A stretch of DNA of 32,000 nucleotides from assembly GCA_000331305.1 (NCBI GenBank), contig KB217483.1, forward strand, positions 1,071,937 to 1,103,936, written 5' to 3'. Origin of the DNA: Calothrix sp. PCC 7103. Its GTDB lineage: Bacteria > Cyanobacteriota > Cyanobacteriia > Cyanobacteriales > Nostocaceae. The position numbers were made by a program, and so were the translations under genes. Positions within the stretch are counted from its first letter, which is position 1, and every line of letters begins with the position of its first letter. Under the pieces are notes generated by a model that had not been told where the DNA came from, made no database searches, and saw only the letters and a program-made list of their open reading frames with translations. Of this stretch, positions 1 to 9,189 are shown piece after piece.

Positions 1-455
1 TCTACTTTTTCGTCGTTGGCAGCAGAGTGTTCCTGTAGGGTAACTTCTCTTGAAGAGGACTCTTTGTTATCATCTGCTTTTTCTGAGCAGTTCGATGTGT
101 CCAACGTGGGCGCCTCGATGTGTTCATTTTGAAAAAGGGCGTTGAGGGCTTCGTGATTGAGAGTGTACCAATTAGCTTGGTAGTAAGTTTTGGCAGATAA
201 TCTATCGACTATTATGAGGTTAAGTTCTTTAAGGTTGGCTATAACCCGTCTAACTGTACTAACAGAGAGTTGTAATTCCTGCGCCCATTGTTCGTAAGTT
301 TTCCAGAACCATTTAATACCATCAACTACCTTCCCGCCTTTAACACCCATCCAATAATGTATCTGTTGTAAACAAATCGCTTCGTTGCGTCCAATTATTG
401 CGGCTAGTTCAGGTGAATAAAATAAATGTCTGTTAGGTAGTAAAAGCTTACTCAT
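1..455 (-). CDS. Partial CDS (C-terminus lies beyond window start): winged-HTH type DNA-binding protein, possibly plasmid/phage replication-organiser-like
   Basis: Absent from the ORF track because it runs off the window. Reverse-strand ATG at 455, with AAAGGAG (rc of 464-470) 8 nt upstream. My translation MSKLLLPNRHLFYSPELAAIIGRNEAICLQQIHYWMGVKGGKVVDGIKWFWKTYEQWAQELQLSVSTVRRVIANLKELNLIIVDRL... stays open to base 1. The function is by resemblance only (HTH-like LSVSTVRRVIANLKEL). Confidence 0.5.
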   Translation of the reverse strand, partial: MSKLLLPNRHLFYSPELAAIIGRNEAICLQQIHYWMGVKGGKVVDGIKWFWKTYEQWAQELQLSVSTVRRVIANLKELNLIIVDRLSAKTYYQANWYTLNHEALNALFQNEHIEAPTLDTSNCSEKADDNKESSSREVTLQEHSAANDEKV

Positions 456-538
456 GTTTGTAACTCCTTTAAAAAATTAATTAGTCAACCTCGTTACTGT
501 CTGAATGCTTGTAGCAACGAGGTATTAGGCGCCAGTAT

Positions 539-1354
539 TTATTCTTGTGAATTTCTAAATTCCTCTAAAGCCTTTTGTTTAGCGGCTTCTAACCGCTCTT
601 TTTCTTCCTGGGATATTTCTCCGATGGCGGCTTGGATTTCTTGGTTAGCGCGCGCTTTGATTTCTGCTGAGGTAATAATTTTTTCAACCACAGGCTCGAC
701 TGGGTTTACCCCTTGGTCTGATGGTCGGAAGTTACGGCGCCGATACAGGTAACGGAAGTGTCGTTTATCCTGTGGCGGCTGATTGTTCCAAGTTTCCAAA
801 TCCCAACCAGGGGGAATTGTGTTTTTAGGCGCCTGTGGTAGTAAGTTTTGTACTTGAGCTTGAAGTTGAGTGACCGTCTCAATCAGTCCAGGTATTAACG
901 CAATCAAATCTGCTTGCTGTTGAGTTAAAGCACTTGTCGTAGAAGGTGTGTAACCAGTTTGTGACCAAATAAAAACTCTTAACCCTGCCTTCGCTACCAT
1001 CCGATAATTATCTTGTGCTATTTGTTTTCCTTTATACTTACGTGCATCCAGTGCATAGTATTCTAGAATTGCGTGACAAAGTTCGTCTTTTACGTACAAG
1101 CTTTTTTCGTCTTGATTCCCTATTATCCTTTGTTCTATACCAGCAAAGGGTTTCAGGCTAGCAGGAAGATTATTCCCTAGAGTACTGGAATCACGTAACT
1201 TGTTTAATAATTCTGTTATTACAGGTTGGTCAACACCGCAAAATTGAGATAACGCTGTTACATTCATTCCACTTACACCATCCTGGCGCCGAGTATAGAA
1301 ACTTGAATCCTCACGCGCGCTTGAAAGTTCTAGTTCATGTCCATCAGTATTCAT
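539..1354 (-). CDS. Hypothetical protein (271 aa)
   Basis: Long ORF in the same orientation as its neighbours. I recognise no motif. Confidence 0.5.
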   Translation of the reverse strand: MNTDGHELELSSAREDSSFYTRRQDGVSGMNVTALSQFCGVDQPVITELLNKLRDSSTLGNNLPASLKPFAGIEQRIIGNQDEKSLYVKDELCHAILEYYALDARKYKGKQIAQDNYRMVAKAGLRVFIWSQTGYTPSTTSALTQQQADLIALIPGLIETVTQLQAQVQNLLPQAPKNTIPPGWDLETWNNQPPQDKRHFRYLYRRRNFRPSDQGVNPVEPVVEKIITSAEIKARANQEIQAAIGEISQEEKERLEAAKQKALEEFRNSQE

Positions 1355-1435
1355 ATTGCTTAAAAAGATTTACGAGAGTTGGTTATATTCGTTTGAACCC
1401 AACCAACAGGTGCCTGCTGATTGGGTATTGAGTTG

Positions 1436-1711
1436 CTATATCAGCAGTCCGCTTTTGGAAATAATTTCTTGCTGCGCTTCTTCGCATGTATCGAATCGCT
1501 GCTCACTATTAGACAGTGAAGGTTGAGCTACCCATTTGCCCTGTAGGTCTTGATAAAAAGTACCTAACAAGTTCCAACCCCTCCACAAGCGGTAGAGGGC
1601 GCCGAAATCTTTATCCAGCACTCCATCTATCTCGTAATCATCCAAAACCCGAATTTGTGGCAGGACGACTTGATGCTCAAGCGTAATTTGAGTCATAATG
1701 AAAGTCTCCAA
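1436..1711 (-). CDS. Small hypothetical protein; true start probably the second ATG at 1696
   Basis: Track ORF. GGAG (rc of 1705-1708) lies 8 nt upstream of the ATG at 1696 (MTQITLEH...). Confidence 0.45.
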   Translation of the reverse strand: METFIMTQITLEHQVVLPQIRVLDDYEIDGVLDKDFGALYRLWRGWNLLGTFYQDLQGKWVAQPSLSNSEQRFDTCEEAQQEIISKSGLLI

Positions 1712-1726
1712 AATTTATTGGTTTTT

Positions 1727-1769
1727 AGAGAGGGCGCCTCGGTCTGGACAACTTGGAGGCGCCTTCTCT
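1727..1769. repeat. 14-bp inverted repeat (1 mismatch) with GGCGCC in each arm, in a divergent promoter region
   Basis: AGAGAGGGCGCCTC (1727-1740), a 15-nt spacer, then GAGGCGCCTTCTCT (1756-1769). It sits between the starts of the minus-strand gene (1711/1696) and the plus-strand RHH gene (1877). Confidence 0.6.
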
Positions 1770-1816
1770 TGTTATATGGTAACTCCACTTTAGGATGAAA
1801 TCAACTATACCGTAGG

Positions 1817-1846
1817 TTGACAGTAAAGTTACCCTAAGATTATGCT
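1817..1846 (+). promoter_or_regulatory. Candidate sigma70-type promoter for the RHH gene
   Basis: TTGACA (1817-1822), an 18-nt spacer, then TATGCT (1841-1846), about 30 nt upstream of the ATG at 1877. Sequence match only. Confidence 0.3.
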
Positions 1847-1876
1847 AGTAGAGATAGACTTCTAAGGTGGAGTTAC

Positions 1877-2047
1877 ATGTATATGACTTTGGTTACAAGT
1901 AAAAAGAAGGTTTCAACTTATTTGTCTGAAGATTTGAAAGAGGATGCGGAACGTCTCGCAGCTCTTGAAAAACGTAGTTTGAGTAATTTAATTGAGGTGT
2001 TATTACAAGATGCTGTAGACAAAGCTAAAAAACAGGGTCGTTTTTGA
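1877..2047 (+). CDS. Ribbon-helix-helix (CopG/Arc-type) DNA-binding protein, 56 aa
   Basis: Below the track size cut-off. AAGGTGGAG lies just upstream of the ATG. Translation MYMTLVTSKKKVSTYLSEDLKEDAERLAALEKRSLSNLIEVLLQDAVDKAKKQGRF has the beta-strand / helix / helix layout typical of RHH proteins. Confidence 0.6.
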   Translation: MYMTLVTSKKKVSTYLSEDLKEDAERLAALEKRSLSNLIEVLLQDAVDKAKKQGRF

Positions 2048-2348
2048 TGGTTTTAAGTGCTGACCTAACGGTTGGTGTCCTTGTATCATCAAATCCCCTA
2101 ATAAATTAGGATTCAGCATGGTACTTTTACCCTTATGCAGGTACCATGAATTTTTACACTAGCCAAAATTCTCAAAATATAAGTTGCACCTTGTACTGAG
2201 TTCGTCTTAAGTAGCATTTAAGAAAGTATGTGAAGGCAACTAAAATATCTCGTGTTGGTAAATTGTCATGCTTACAGATAAAAAGCATAAGTTTAAATGT
2301 ACTTCAAAAATGAAAAAGCTTTAGGTATAAATTTGGGGGTGCAGTTCA

Positions 2349-2795
2349 ATGATTAACCCTTGTATTTATCTGGTCTTGGATAAGTCGGGTCAGGTTTTGT
2401 ATATTGGGCGAGCAATTAATGGTTCGCAACAACGGGAATCTAATCAAAAGTACAACGCACTTAAGAACTTAGAAGGGGTTAAAATTTCTTACCTAGAAGT
2501 AGACGAACCACTTTTATATTCTGTAGAGAAAGCCTTGATAGCTTGGTTTAAGCCACCACTGAATGAAACTGACAAGCATACTCCCAGAGGTATTGAAGCT
2601 TTACGTAGGCAAAAAGGCCTTACTCAATCTCAAGTGGCTAAGGCATTAGATATTGATGTATCGACTGTTCGTAATTGGGAAAAAGGTCGAGATGGAACCA
2701 AAATGTTTGTCCGTGTTGCAAAGCTTTGCGACTTATTTAATTGCAAGCCATCAGATTTGTATGAGCCGATGGAAGCATCTGAAGATTTTGAATAG
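2349..2795 (+). CDS. GIY-YIG-like N-terminal domain fused to an XRE-family HTH domain
   Basis: N-terminus IYLVLDKSGQVLYIGRA ... EKALIAWFKPPLN resembles GIY-YIG. C-terminus LRRQKGLTQSQVAKALDIDVSTVRNWEKG is a classic HTH_3. Confidence 0.6.
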   Translation: MINPCIYLVLDKSGQVLYIGRAINGSQQRESNQKYNALKNLEGVKISYLEVDEPLLYSVEKALIAWFKPPLNETDKHTPRGIEALRRQKGLTQSQVAKALDIDVSTVRNWEKGRDGTKMFVRVAKLCDLFNCKPSDLYEPMEASEDFE

Positions 2796-3177
2796 TTAAA
2801 AAAGGCGGATATTGATAATTTAGTAAAGCTTGCAAGGATTTGCTCAATCTTATCTGGAGAGAATTTAAGCGTAAATTATATTTTAAAAATTTAATAATAT
2901 TAGTAGTTAAGATGCAGTAAATAAAGCTAAAAAAGATGGACAATTGTAATTTTTTAAATCTTGTTATAAAGCATCATAATTTTAGCTAAGTACTTAAATA
3001 CTCAAGTATCTAGGTATCTGCATAGTATAGACATAGTAAAGCTTTAAGTGCCTTTCGGTGTCAGGACGTACAAGACTTCAATTAATAGGCGCTTGAATTT
3101 TGAGCGCCAATACAATTCAAAAGTTAGATGAACTGTATGTATGTGTTTGTATCAGAAATGGAAAGGCGCCGTACTGT

Positions 3178-3363
3178 TTAAGATTCTGAAGTTGGACGCA
3201 TATTTTTATTAATTTCAGCATCGACTCTACATTTACGAAGCGCTAACTTAGCTGGCAATCCGCGAAGATACCAACGGTAAATAGTAGCTATAAATTTCTC
3301 ATCTTCTCTCTCTGCTGGTAATAGTGTTTCCACAATTGCGTTCTTAACTGTTGTGGCTTGCAA
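3178..3363 (-). CDS. Small ORF of doubtful reality; its first codons lie inside the left inverted arm
   Basis: Track ORF with a TTG start. No recognisable motif. Its 5' end overlaps repeat arm 3349-3645. Confidence 0.2.
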   Translation of the reverse strand: MQATTVKNAIVETLLPAEREDEKFIATIYRWYLRGLPAKLALRKCRVDAEINKNMRPTSES

Positions 3364-3645
3364 TCATAAACCCTTGGGCTTACAAACAAGACAATTCTCG
3401 GCTCACAATAAATGCAACTAGATTTTAAGATATCGGGCGAAGTGCGGGCGGAGCGCAAAGTATCCCAAACTCTTTACAAGTAAGCATTTTAGCTTATTTG
3501 CATTTTTTGTGAATCGAATTTATTTTTGTAAATTTAGTTGCATTTATTGTGGGTTCTTGTCAAGTTTTGGTGAAAGCTTTGGAAACGTTCTTGGCAGAGG
3601 GCAGTAGGCAGAGGGCAGAAGGAAGGAGTAAGGGTGAAGACATTT
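3349..3645. repeat. Left arm of long inverted repeat closing the four-helix-bundle cassette
   Basis: 3552-3645 is a perfect 94/94 reverse complement of 6045-6138. 3349-3411 matches 6139-6201 at roughly 50/63. It contains GGCAGAGGGCAGTAGGCAGAGGGCAGAAGGAAGGAG. Confidence 0.9.
3412..3551. repeat. 140-bp foldback insertion present only in the left arm
   Basis: The right arm reads (rc) CGGCTCACAATAA|GGTTCTTG without interruption. The left arm has 140 bp between these. The inserted region is bracketed by the perfect 17-bp inverted pair CACAATAAATGCAACTA (3404-3420) / TAGTTGCATTTATTGTG (3535-3551). Confidence 0.7.
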
Positions 3646-3717
3646 GACTGTATAATTTTTTAGTTTTAAAATAAAAATAATAAATATTTATACTAGTATA
3701 TTAGATTTCATTATAAT

Positions 3718-5382
3718 ATGGAAGTACTAAAAAGCTTATTACCAGATAAAAATCTTCTCCTGCTTGAAAGTTGTAATATTGACGAGGAGCGAAGGGAGGT
3801 AATCGTGCTTGTTTCTTCAGTACAAACAGCAGTTAAATGTCCAGTCTGCAATGAGGCAACACATAAAATTCATAGCCACTATGAGCGTAAAATAGCTGAT
3901 TTATCATGGGCGAACTATGGTACTTTACTTCAACTGCGTGTGAGGAAATTTTTTGCATCAATACGGAATGTAAAAGACGAATATTTACTGAAAGATTAAC
4001 AGATATTGTGGCTCCGTGGGCACGTCGAACTATGAGATTAGCGTCTCGATTAACTGCGATAGGTTTAGCATCAGGTGGTGCAGCAGGATTCAGATTATCA
4101 CAAAAATTAGGCTTAAACACAAGTCGTAATACGCTATTAAATTTAGTTCGTAGAATACCTTTACCATCACCTGATTCTCTAAAAATTATAGGGGTAGATG
4201 ATTTTTGTTTTCGTAAATGCAAAACTTACGGTACTATCGTTGTTAATTTAGAAAATAATCAACCTGTTACATTATTAAAAGACCGTTCATCTGAAACCTT
4301 AAGCTCATGGTTAAAAGAAAATCCTGGTATTCAGATTGTTTCACGAGACAGAGCGAAAGCTTATGAAAAGGAATTAAAGAAGGCGCACCCGATGCAATTC
4401 AAGTTGCAGACCGCTTTCACTTACTACAAAATTTAGCTCAAACGCTTTATGAAGTGTTTGGGATATATAGTAAAGACTTGAAAGAAGTCGAACAATTACA
4501 AAATCAAGCTTCTGTAATTAGGGATGAAGAAAACATCGTTGTTGTCACTTCTCCAACCGAAGCACCACCACCAGTTAAACAAAACAAAAAGCAGAACAAC
4601 GTCGTGCCAAAAGAAAGAAATCATCAAAAACTTGGGAGCTACATAGTCAAGGAATGAATGCGGGAGTTATTGCTCAAAGGCTTGGTATTAGTCGCACAAC
4701 AGTTTTCCGTAATCTCCGTAATCCGACTTTTGTAGAGCGCCGGGGGCGTAGTGATAAAGGTCGAGGTTTAGTAAAGCCTTATCAAGATTACATCATAAAA
4801 CGATGGAATGAAGGCTGTCGTGAAACTAAAATAATATTTGAAGAAATTAAACAACAAGGATATGTTGGTAGCTATGCTACTTTAACTCGTTACACCGCAC
4901 GTTTACGCGAATGCCAAGGTTTAAAAACGGCAGAGATTGTCAACTGTACGCCTACCAAAAATTGTTAAACCATCAAGAAAACCTCTCACTCCTTATAGCG
5001 TAACATGGCTAATTTTAGGTAGCTCTGATTCTGGTGTTTCAGAGTCTGAGCGAGAAGAATTAGTCGTGTCTTTAAAAGCACAAAGCCCAAGCTTAAGAGA
5101 AGGAATTGAGTTAGCAGAAAATTTTATATCTCTTATCCGTCAACGACAACAAGAAGAATTAGATACTTGGCTGACTGTTGCTTACAACAGCATTTTATCA
5201 CCTTTCCATCGCTTTGCCAAAGCTTGCTTGAAGATTACAACGCGGTCAAAGCTGCTTTGACAACGCCTTGGAGTAATGGACCTGTCGAAGGACAAATTAA
5301 TCGACTTAAAATGCTGAAAAGACAAATGTATGGTCGTGCAAAACTAGACTTGCTAACTAGACGATTTTTGTTACAAATCTAA
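3718..5382 (+). pseudogene. ISL3-family transposase, decayed by at least five frame changes
   Basis: Six consecutive track ORFs in alternating frames together give: zf-ISL3 (CPVCNEATHKIHSHYERKIADL), the DDE region (IGVDDFCFRKCKTYGTIVV...IVSRDRAKAY...ADRFHLLQNL across a shift), and the ISL3 C-terminus (PWSNGPVEGQINRLKMLKRQMYGRAKLDLL). IS ends are not resolved; the element is roughly 3646-5470. Confidence 0.8.
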
Positions 5383-5548
5383 ATTTAAGTTGACTCGATT
5401 TGCTAGGTACAAATATATTTTTGTAAATATTAATAACCAAATAATAACAATCATTAATTAATCTAACTTAGTGAAGACAAACCTAAGTATAAAAACATAT
5501 AATTAGTTCTACTTCAAATCTTCAAATCTTCTGCTTTCCAACTTAACT

Positions 5549-5914
5549 ATGAGTTACCGAAACCAATTTGTATGGAAAAGGGCAGTACAACTAGCTATCC
5601 ATTGCTATAAGTTTACTCAAGCATTTCCAAAACATGAATTATATGGTTTGACAAGTCAAATACGGCGTTCAGCAGTATCAGTAGCGTCTAATATTGCTGA
5701 AGGTTATGGTCGGCAATCAAGGCAAGAATATATAAAATTCTTATATATTGCTTTAGGCTCACTACGAGAATTAGATACCCAATTTATAATTGCTCAAGAG
5801 GTAGATATACTTGACAACAAAAATCGTTTTACGACCATCATGAACGAGGTGGAAGAAATGCAAAGTATATTGGTTGCAACCTTAAACAAACTAACTGCTG
5901 GAGTAAAGAAATAG
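5549..5914 (+). CDS. Four-helix-bundle protein (23S rRNA intervening-sequence protein / Avd-like family)
   Basis: Family signature RRSAVSVASNIAEGYGRQSRQEYIKFLYIALGSLRELDTQ. Size of 121 aa is typical. Confidence 0.85.
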   Translation: MSYRNQFVWKRAVQLAIHCYKFTQAFPKHELYGLTSQIRRSAVSVASNIAEGYGRQSRQEYIKFLYIALGSLRELDTQFIIAQEVDILDNKNRFTTIMNEVEEMQSILVATLNKLTAGVKK

Positions 5915-6044
5915 TCTCAAAAAACTGAATTTTTAGCGTGATGTAATCCAACCTCTAAAAGCTTGTTGGAGCTTTAGTTTTATCTTATTGACTATAAAAT
6001 TTAGTCACCGAGACAAAAATAAAGCTCCAAATTTTAATGTTATT

Positions 6045-6201
6045 AAATGTCTTCACCCTTACTCCTTCCTTCTGCCCTCTGCCTACTGCCCTCTGCCAAG
6101 AACGTTTCCAAAGCTTTCACCAAAACTTGACAAGAACCTTATTGTGAGCCGAAAAGCGCCTTGTTTGTAAGCCGGGTGCTTCTTGATTGCAAGCCACAAC
6201 A
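6045..6201. repeat. Right arm of the long inverted repeat
   Basis: Reverse complement of 3349-3411 plus 3552-3645 (see left arm). It includes the TTG start at 6183 of the 967-aa ORF. Confidence 0.9.
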
Positions 6202-9086
6202 CCTACGGTTACTATGAAGCTATTATAACTAGCTCAAATGAATTACAAAATTTTCTGAACCAAATAGATGATCTTACTTTTGCTCAAGTCGATGAATATA
6301 GCTTAATAACTATCGGTGGACGGAAGATTTTTAAAGATAAAAATAGTCCTAAATCTAAAGTTATTAACCTTGAAGATATTGCAGCGTTGCTTCAGTCAGA
6401 CATTAATAATGAGAATGGTAGTTTATTTTCTCTAGACGAAGAGTATAATTATCCTAGTTTAGCAAAAGCGTTAGACAGTGCAAAACCAATACTCAAAAAA
6501 CTTAAACTAGATGGTCAACCTGTAATAAGTGATAAGGACATTGAACTTGCAAAACAGGAATTATCACGTAAAAACAATAAAGAGTACTTCAATTTAATTG
6601 CTAAGTTGAAAAAGTTTTGGGAGTCAAAAGAACTGGTAAAAAAAGCATTTAATCAAGGAGAGCTTGCAGCAGAACTTCAAAAAGAGCTAAAAGATTTTAA
6701 AGAAAAAGAATATCCAAAAAGTCAAGAAAATATTAAAAAACATAAAGACAAAATTGAAAAAGAGAAAGAGTTAGTAGCATCTAATTCTACTTTATCTCCA
6801 GAAACAATTAGTTCACAATTTATTGACTTAGACAAAAGACAGCAAGAGTATGAAAAAGATTGGGGAAAGTATCTAAAAGCAAAAGAAGAAGAAATTATAT
6901 CTAATAAAAAAAAGCCTATTTATGATTTATTAGAAGCCGAACGAACAAAAGGCTTTATGTTTGCCAGATATGAGGGTAATTTGCGAGGTAAAAAAGTTGG
7001 TTTACAAGGAACAGAAGTTGGAATGACTTTGTTCTATACAGACTTATTGATGAAAATCTGGAATTTCAACTTTCAGCGTGCAACTTTAGATACTGGTATT
7101 GAAGGTTTTAAGCCAACAACTAGAATTCCTGTTTCATCAATTTATAAATCAGAAATGGAGAAATATTGGGATGGTCGCCTATGGTTAGAAGTGGACAGCG
7201 ATTCATATGAAATAGCAAATGAAGGTAGAAATATTATTTTTGCGCCTAATGTAACGCGAATACAGGGTGCAGTATCTGAAGGTCCTCAATCAGATGAAGA
7301 AAGTAATCCACGTCCAAATACCGCTGTTTTTTTGAATTGGTGGAACAATTATTACGGGGAAGTTGCCCGTCACGAACCACAATACGAACGTCTGAATCAA
7401 ATTATGAAATGGAGCTTGTTAATTAACAAGCTGAATCAATTACAACAAACTAATCCTTTAAGTTTTTTAGAAAAAGTAGAAGTAACGAGAACTAATTGGT
7501 TTCCTAATTGGATTCAAAAGCAAGGGAAAAAGTTGGCATTTACAAAGTGGGATAAAATTAAATTTTTTCCTGAAGGATATAACTATCAAGGTCTAAAAAC
7601 AGAAAAATTGGAATTTTTAGATTCAGAAAATTACGGTGAATCTTATTCATCTTTTTATGGAGGAGTATCTTTGGCTAGTAAGAAAAACTTCGATGGTCGT
7701 ATTCCTTTACCTAATAATAATAGCTCGGTAAGTAAACTTAGCCGTCGCTCTAACATCGACTATAGCTCTGTAAAAATTAAAGCCGGAAAAATTGACGAAT
7801 TTACAAATTTAGCTGGAACAGAACATAAATTTATTTATCGGAATAAAAATGTCAGTGAAATTGTAATAACACCAAAAATAGGAACTAAATTTCGTACCCA
7901 CAATTCTGAATTAAAGTCAGAAAATCTAAAATTAATACCCAAGTTTGAGTCAACACCAAACAATGGGCTAAAATTAACAACAAGATTAGAAGATGCCAAA
8001 GGGGTTAGTACTGAGTTTGGCGAAGTCAATATTACCAAAACTAAAAATGGCTTTGGGGTAGGCTTTCAAAGCCGAGATATTGACGCAGCTTATTCGTCAT
8101 TTTCTGATCTGAGTAAGCACAAAGGCGATATCCCTACTTTTCTTGCTTCAAAAGATGATGTTGTCTCTTTCAGATACTCACAATCTCATAAAGATTTCTA
8201 CGTCAAACAATCTAATTCTAATAAATGGTTAAAATTTAGCGAAGGAAGTGGAGGTGGAAACGATTTACCACCCTCACAGCCAACGATGACTGTTGCAGAA
8301 CCAGCTAAAGATGGGCGTATCTTAAACGGGGAATTTGTAGATGAAGCTCAAGTACCAGGATATGCACAAGGGTTTCAAGAGTTTCCAGGTAAAGGAGCAG
8401 GTTCTCCTAAAGAATTTACTCCTCGTCAAAAAGCTCAACAACTTGCTGAAAACCCATTAGCTTTTATTGAGAGTCGTAAAGTAGACTTACAATTGCGAAA
8501 ACAAAATATTGATTCAGCGCTGAAAGATCAAAATTATGCTAAAGCCGAAAAGTTAGTTAACGAATCAATAACGCAACATGGAAAAGACCCAGAATTAATG
8601 CTAAGGAAAGCATCAATAGAGCAACAGTTAGGCAGAGTAAAGATAGAAATTATTACTCAGAAAGGTGCAACACCAATAAAAAAGAATGATTTCTTTGATG
8701 CAATCAAGAGTCGTAATTTCAAACGAATTGAAACTGATACGGAATTTCTGTATGTTCAAGACTCTCCAAGTTTAAATAACTTAGAGCCTACTCAACTAAT
8801 TGAACAAAGTCTTTCTTCAGGTTCAGGAATTAAACGTTACAAATTACAACCCGGAAAAATTGGCGAAGTTCCAATCAGTCATAGTGGGTTTGGTGATGTA
8901 AGTGTTTCTAGCCATCCCTCAACTGAATTTAAAGGTAACAACATTGCTAATTCTCTAAAAAATCGACCTCAAAACTCAGACTCTAATAATGATTGCGAAA
9001 ATCAACAAGTAAAAGTAGAAAATCAAAATCCTAATTGTTCACCAGAAAAGTCAGAAAAACCTGTTTCTGTACTAATTAAATCATAA
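6183..9086 (+). CDS. Large hypothetical protein (967 aa): K/E-rich coiled-coil N-terminal third, Trp-rich central region, TPR-like C-terminal segment
   Basis: An uninterrupted 2.9-kb ORF. There is no in-frame ATG for more than 100 codons and the only start (TTG 6183) lies in the repeat arm, so the 5' end may be remodelled. I recognise no catalytic motif. It contains no GGCGCC sites. Confidence 0.7.
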   Translation: MIASHNTYGYYEAIITSSNELQNFLNQIDDLTFAQVDEYSLITIGGRKIFKDKNSPKSKVINLEDIAALLQSDINNENGSLFSLDEEYNYPSLAKALDSAKPILKKLKLDGQPVISDKDIELAKQELSRKNNKEYFNLIAKLKKFWESKELVKKAFNQGELAAELQKELKDFKEKEYPKSQENIKKHKDKIEKEKELVASNSTLSPETISSQFIDLDKRQQEYEKDWGKYLKAKEEEIISNKKKPIYDLLEAERTKGFMFARYEGNLRGKKVGLQGTEVGMTLFYTDLLMKIWNFNFQRATLDTGIEGFKPTTRIPVSSIYKSEMEKYWDGRLWLEVDSDSYEIANEGRNIIFAPNVTRIQGAVSEGPQSDEESNPRPNTAVFLNWWNNYYGEVARHEPQYERLNQIMKWSLLINKLNQLQQTNPLSFLEKVEVTRTNWFPNWIQKQGKKLAFTKWDKIKFFPEGYNYQGLKTEKLEFLDSENYGESYSSFYGGVSLASKKNFDGRIPLPNNNSSVSKLSRRSNIDYSSVKIKAGKIDEFTNLAGTEHKFIYRNKNVSEIVITPKIGTKFRTHNSELKSENLKLIPKFESTPNNGLKLTTRLEDAKGVSTEFGEVNITKTKNGFGVGFQSRDIDAAYSSFSDLSKHKGDIPTFLASKDDVVSFRYSQSHKDFYVKQSNSNKWLKFSEGSGGGNDLPPSQPTMTVAEPAKDGRILNGEFVDEAQVPGYAQGFQEFPGKGAGSPKEFTPRQKAQQLAENPLAFIESRKVDLQLRKQNIDSALKDQNYAKAEKLVNESITQHGKDPELMLRKASIEQQLGRVKIEIITQKGATPIKKNDFFDAIKSRNFKRIETDTEFLYVQDSPSLNNLEPTQLIEQSLSSGSGIKRYKLQPGKIGEVPISHSGFGDVSVSSHPSTEFKGNNIANSLKNRPQNSDSNNDCENQQVKVENQNPNCSPEKSEKPVSVLIKS

Positions 9087-9104
9087 ATAAAATAAACTGT
9101 TTGA

Positions 9105-9132
9105 ACCCAGCTTTTTATGTAGCTGGGTTTTC
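9105..9132 (+). terminator. Rho-independent terminator candidate after the 967-aa gene
   Basis: ACCCAGCT (9105-9112), an 8-nt loop, AGCTGGGT (9121-9128), then TTTC. Confidence 0.55.
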
Positions 9133-9189
9133 ATATAATCCAACATTTAAAGCGAAAAAACATATACTAAAATTAAATGAGGTAATATT

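Noticed and set aside
2800-2949. A possible second RHH gene: 2911-2940 (DAVNKAKKDGQL*) resembles the 3' end of the RHH CDS (2020-2047).
   Set aside because: An in-frame stop at 2908-2910 and frameshifts upstream leave only about 12 codons. At best it is a relic. Track ORF 2737-2943 (-) on the opposite strand is low-complexity and AT-rich.
3833-4222. Minus-strand ORF (129 aa) inside the ISL3 region.
   Set aside because: It is antisense to clearly recognisable transposase coding sequence.
3634-5479. GTGAAGACA at 3634-3642 and 5471-5479 as a target-site duplication defining the ISL3 ends.
   Set aside because: The left copy is part of the inverted arm, which continues 3 nt further. I could not find convincing terminal inverted repeats just inside these positions. 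The IS boundaries remain unresolved.
5988-6170. Track ORF (60 aa, ...LLPSAYCPLPRTF...).
   Set aside because: It is simply a translation of the right inverted arm (CTGCCCTCTGCC periodic repeat). It has no start context or independent support.
5549-9086. The four-helix-bundle gene as the Avd component of a diversity-generating retroelement targeting the adjacent 967-aa protein.
   Set aside because: There is no DGR-type reverse transcriptase next to it. I saw no template/variable repeat pair matching the 3' end of the large gene. The only RT sequences in the window are group II intron fragments 17 kb away.
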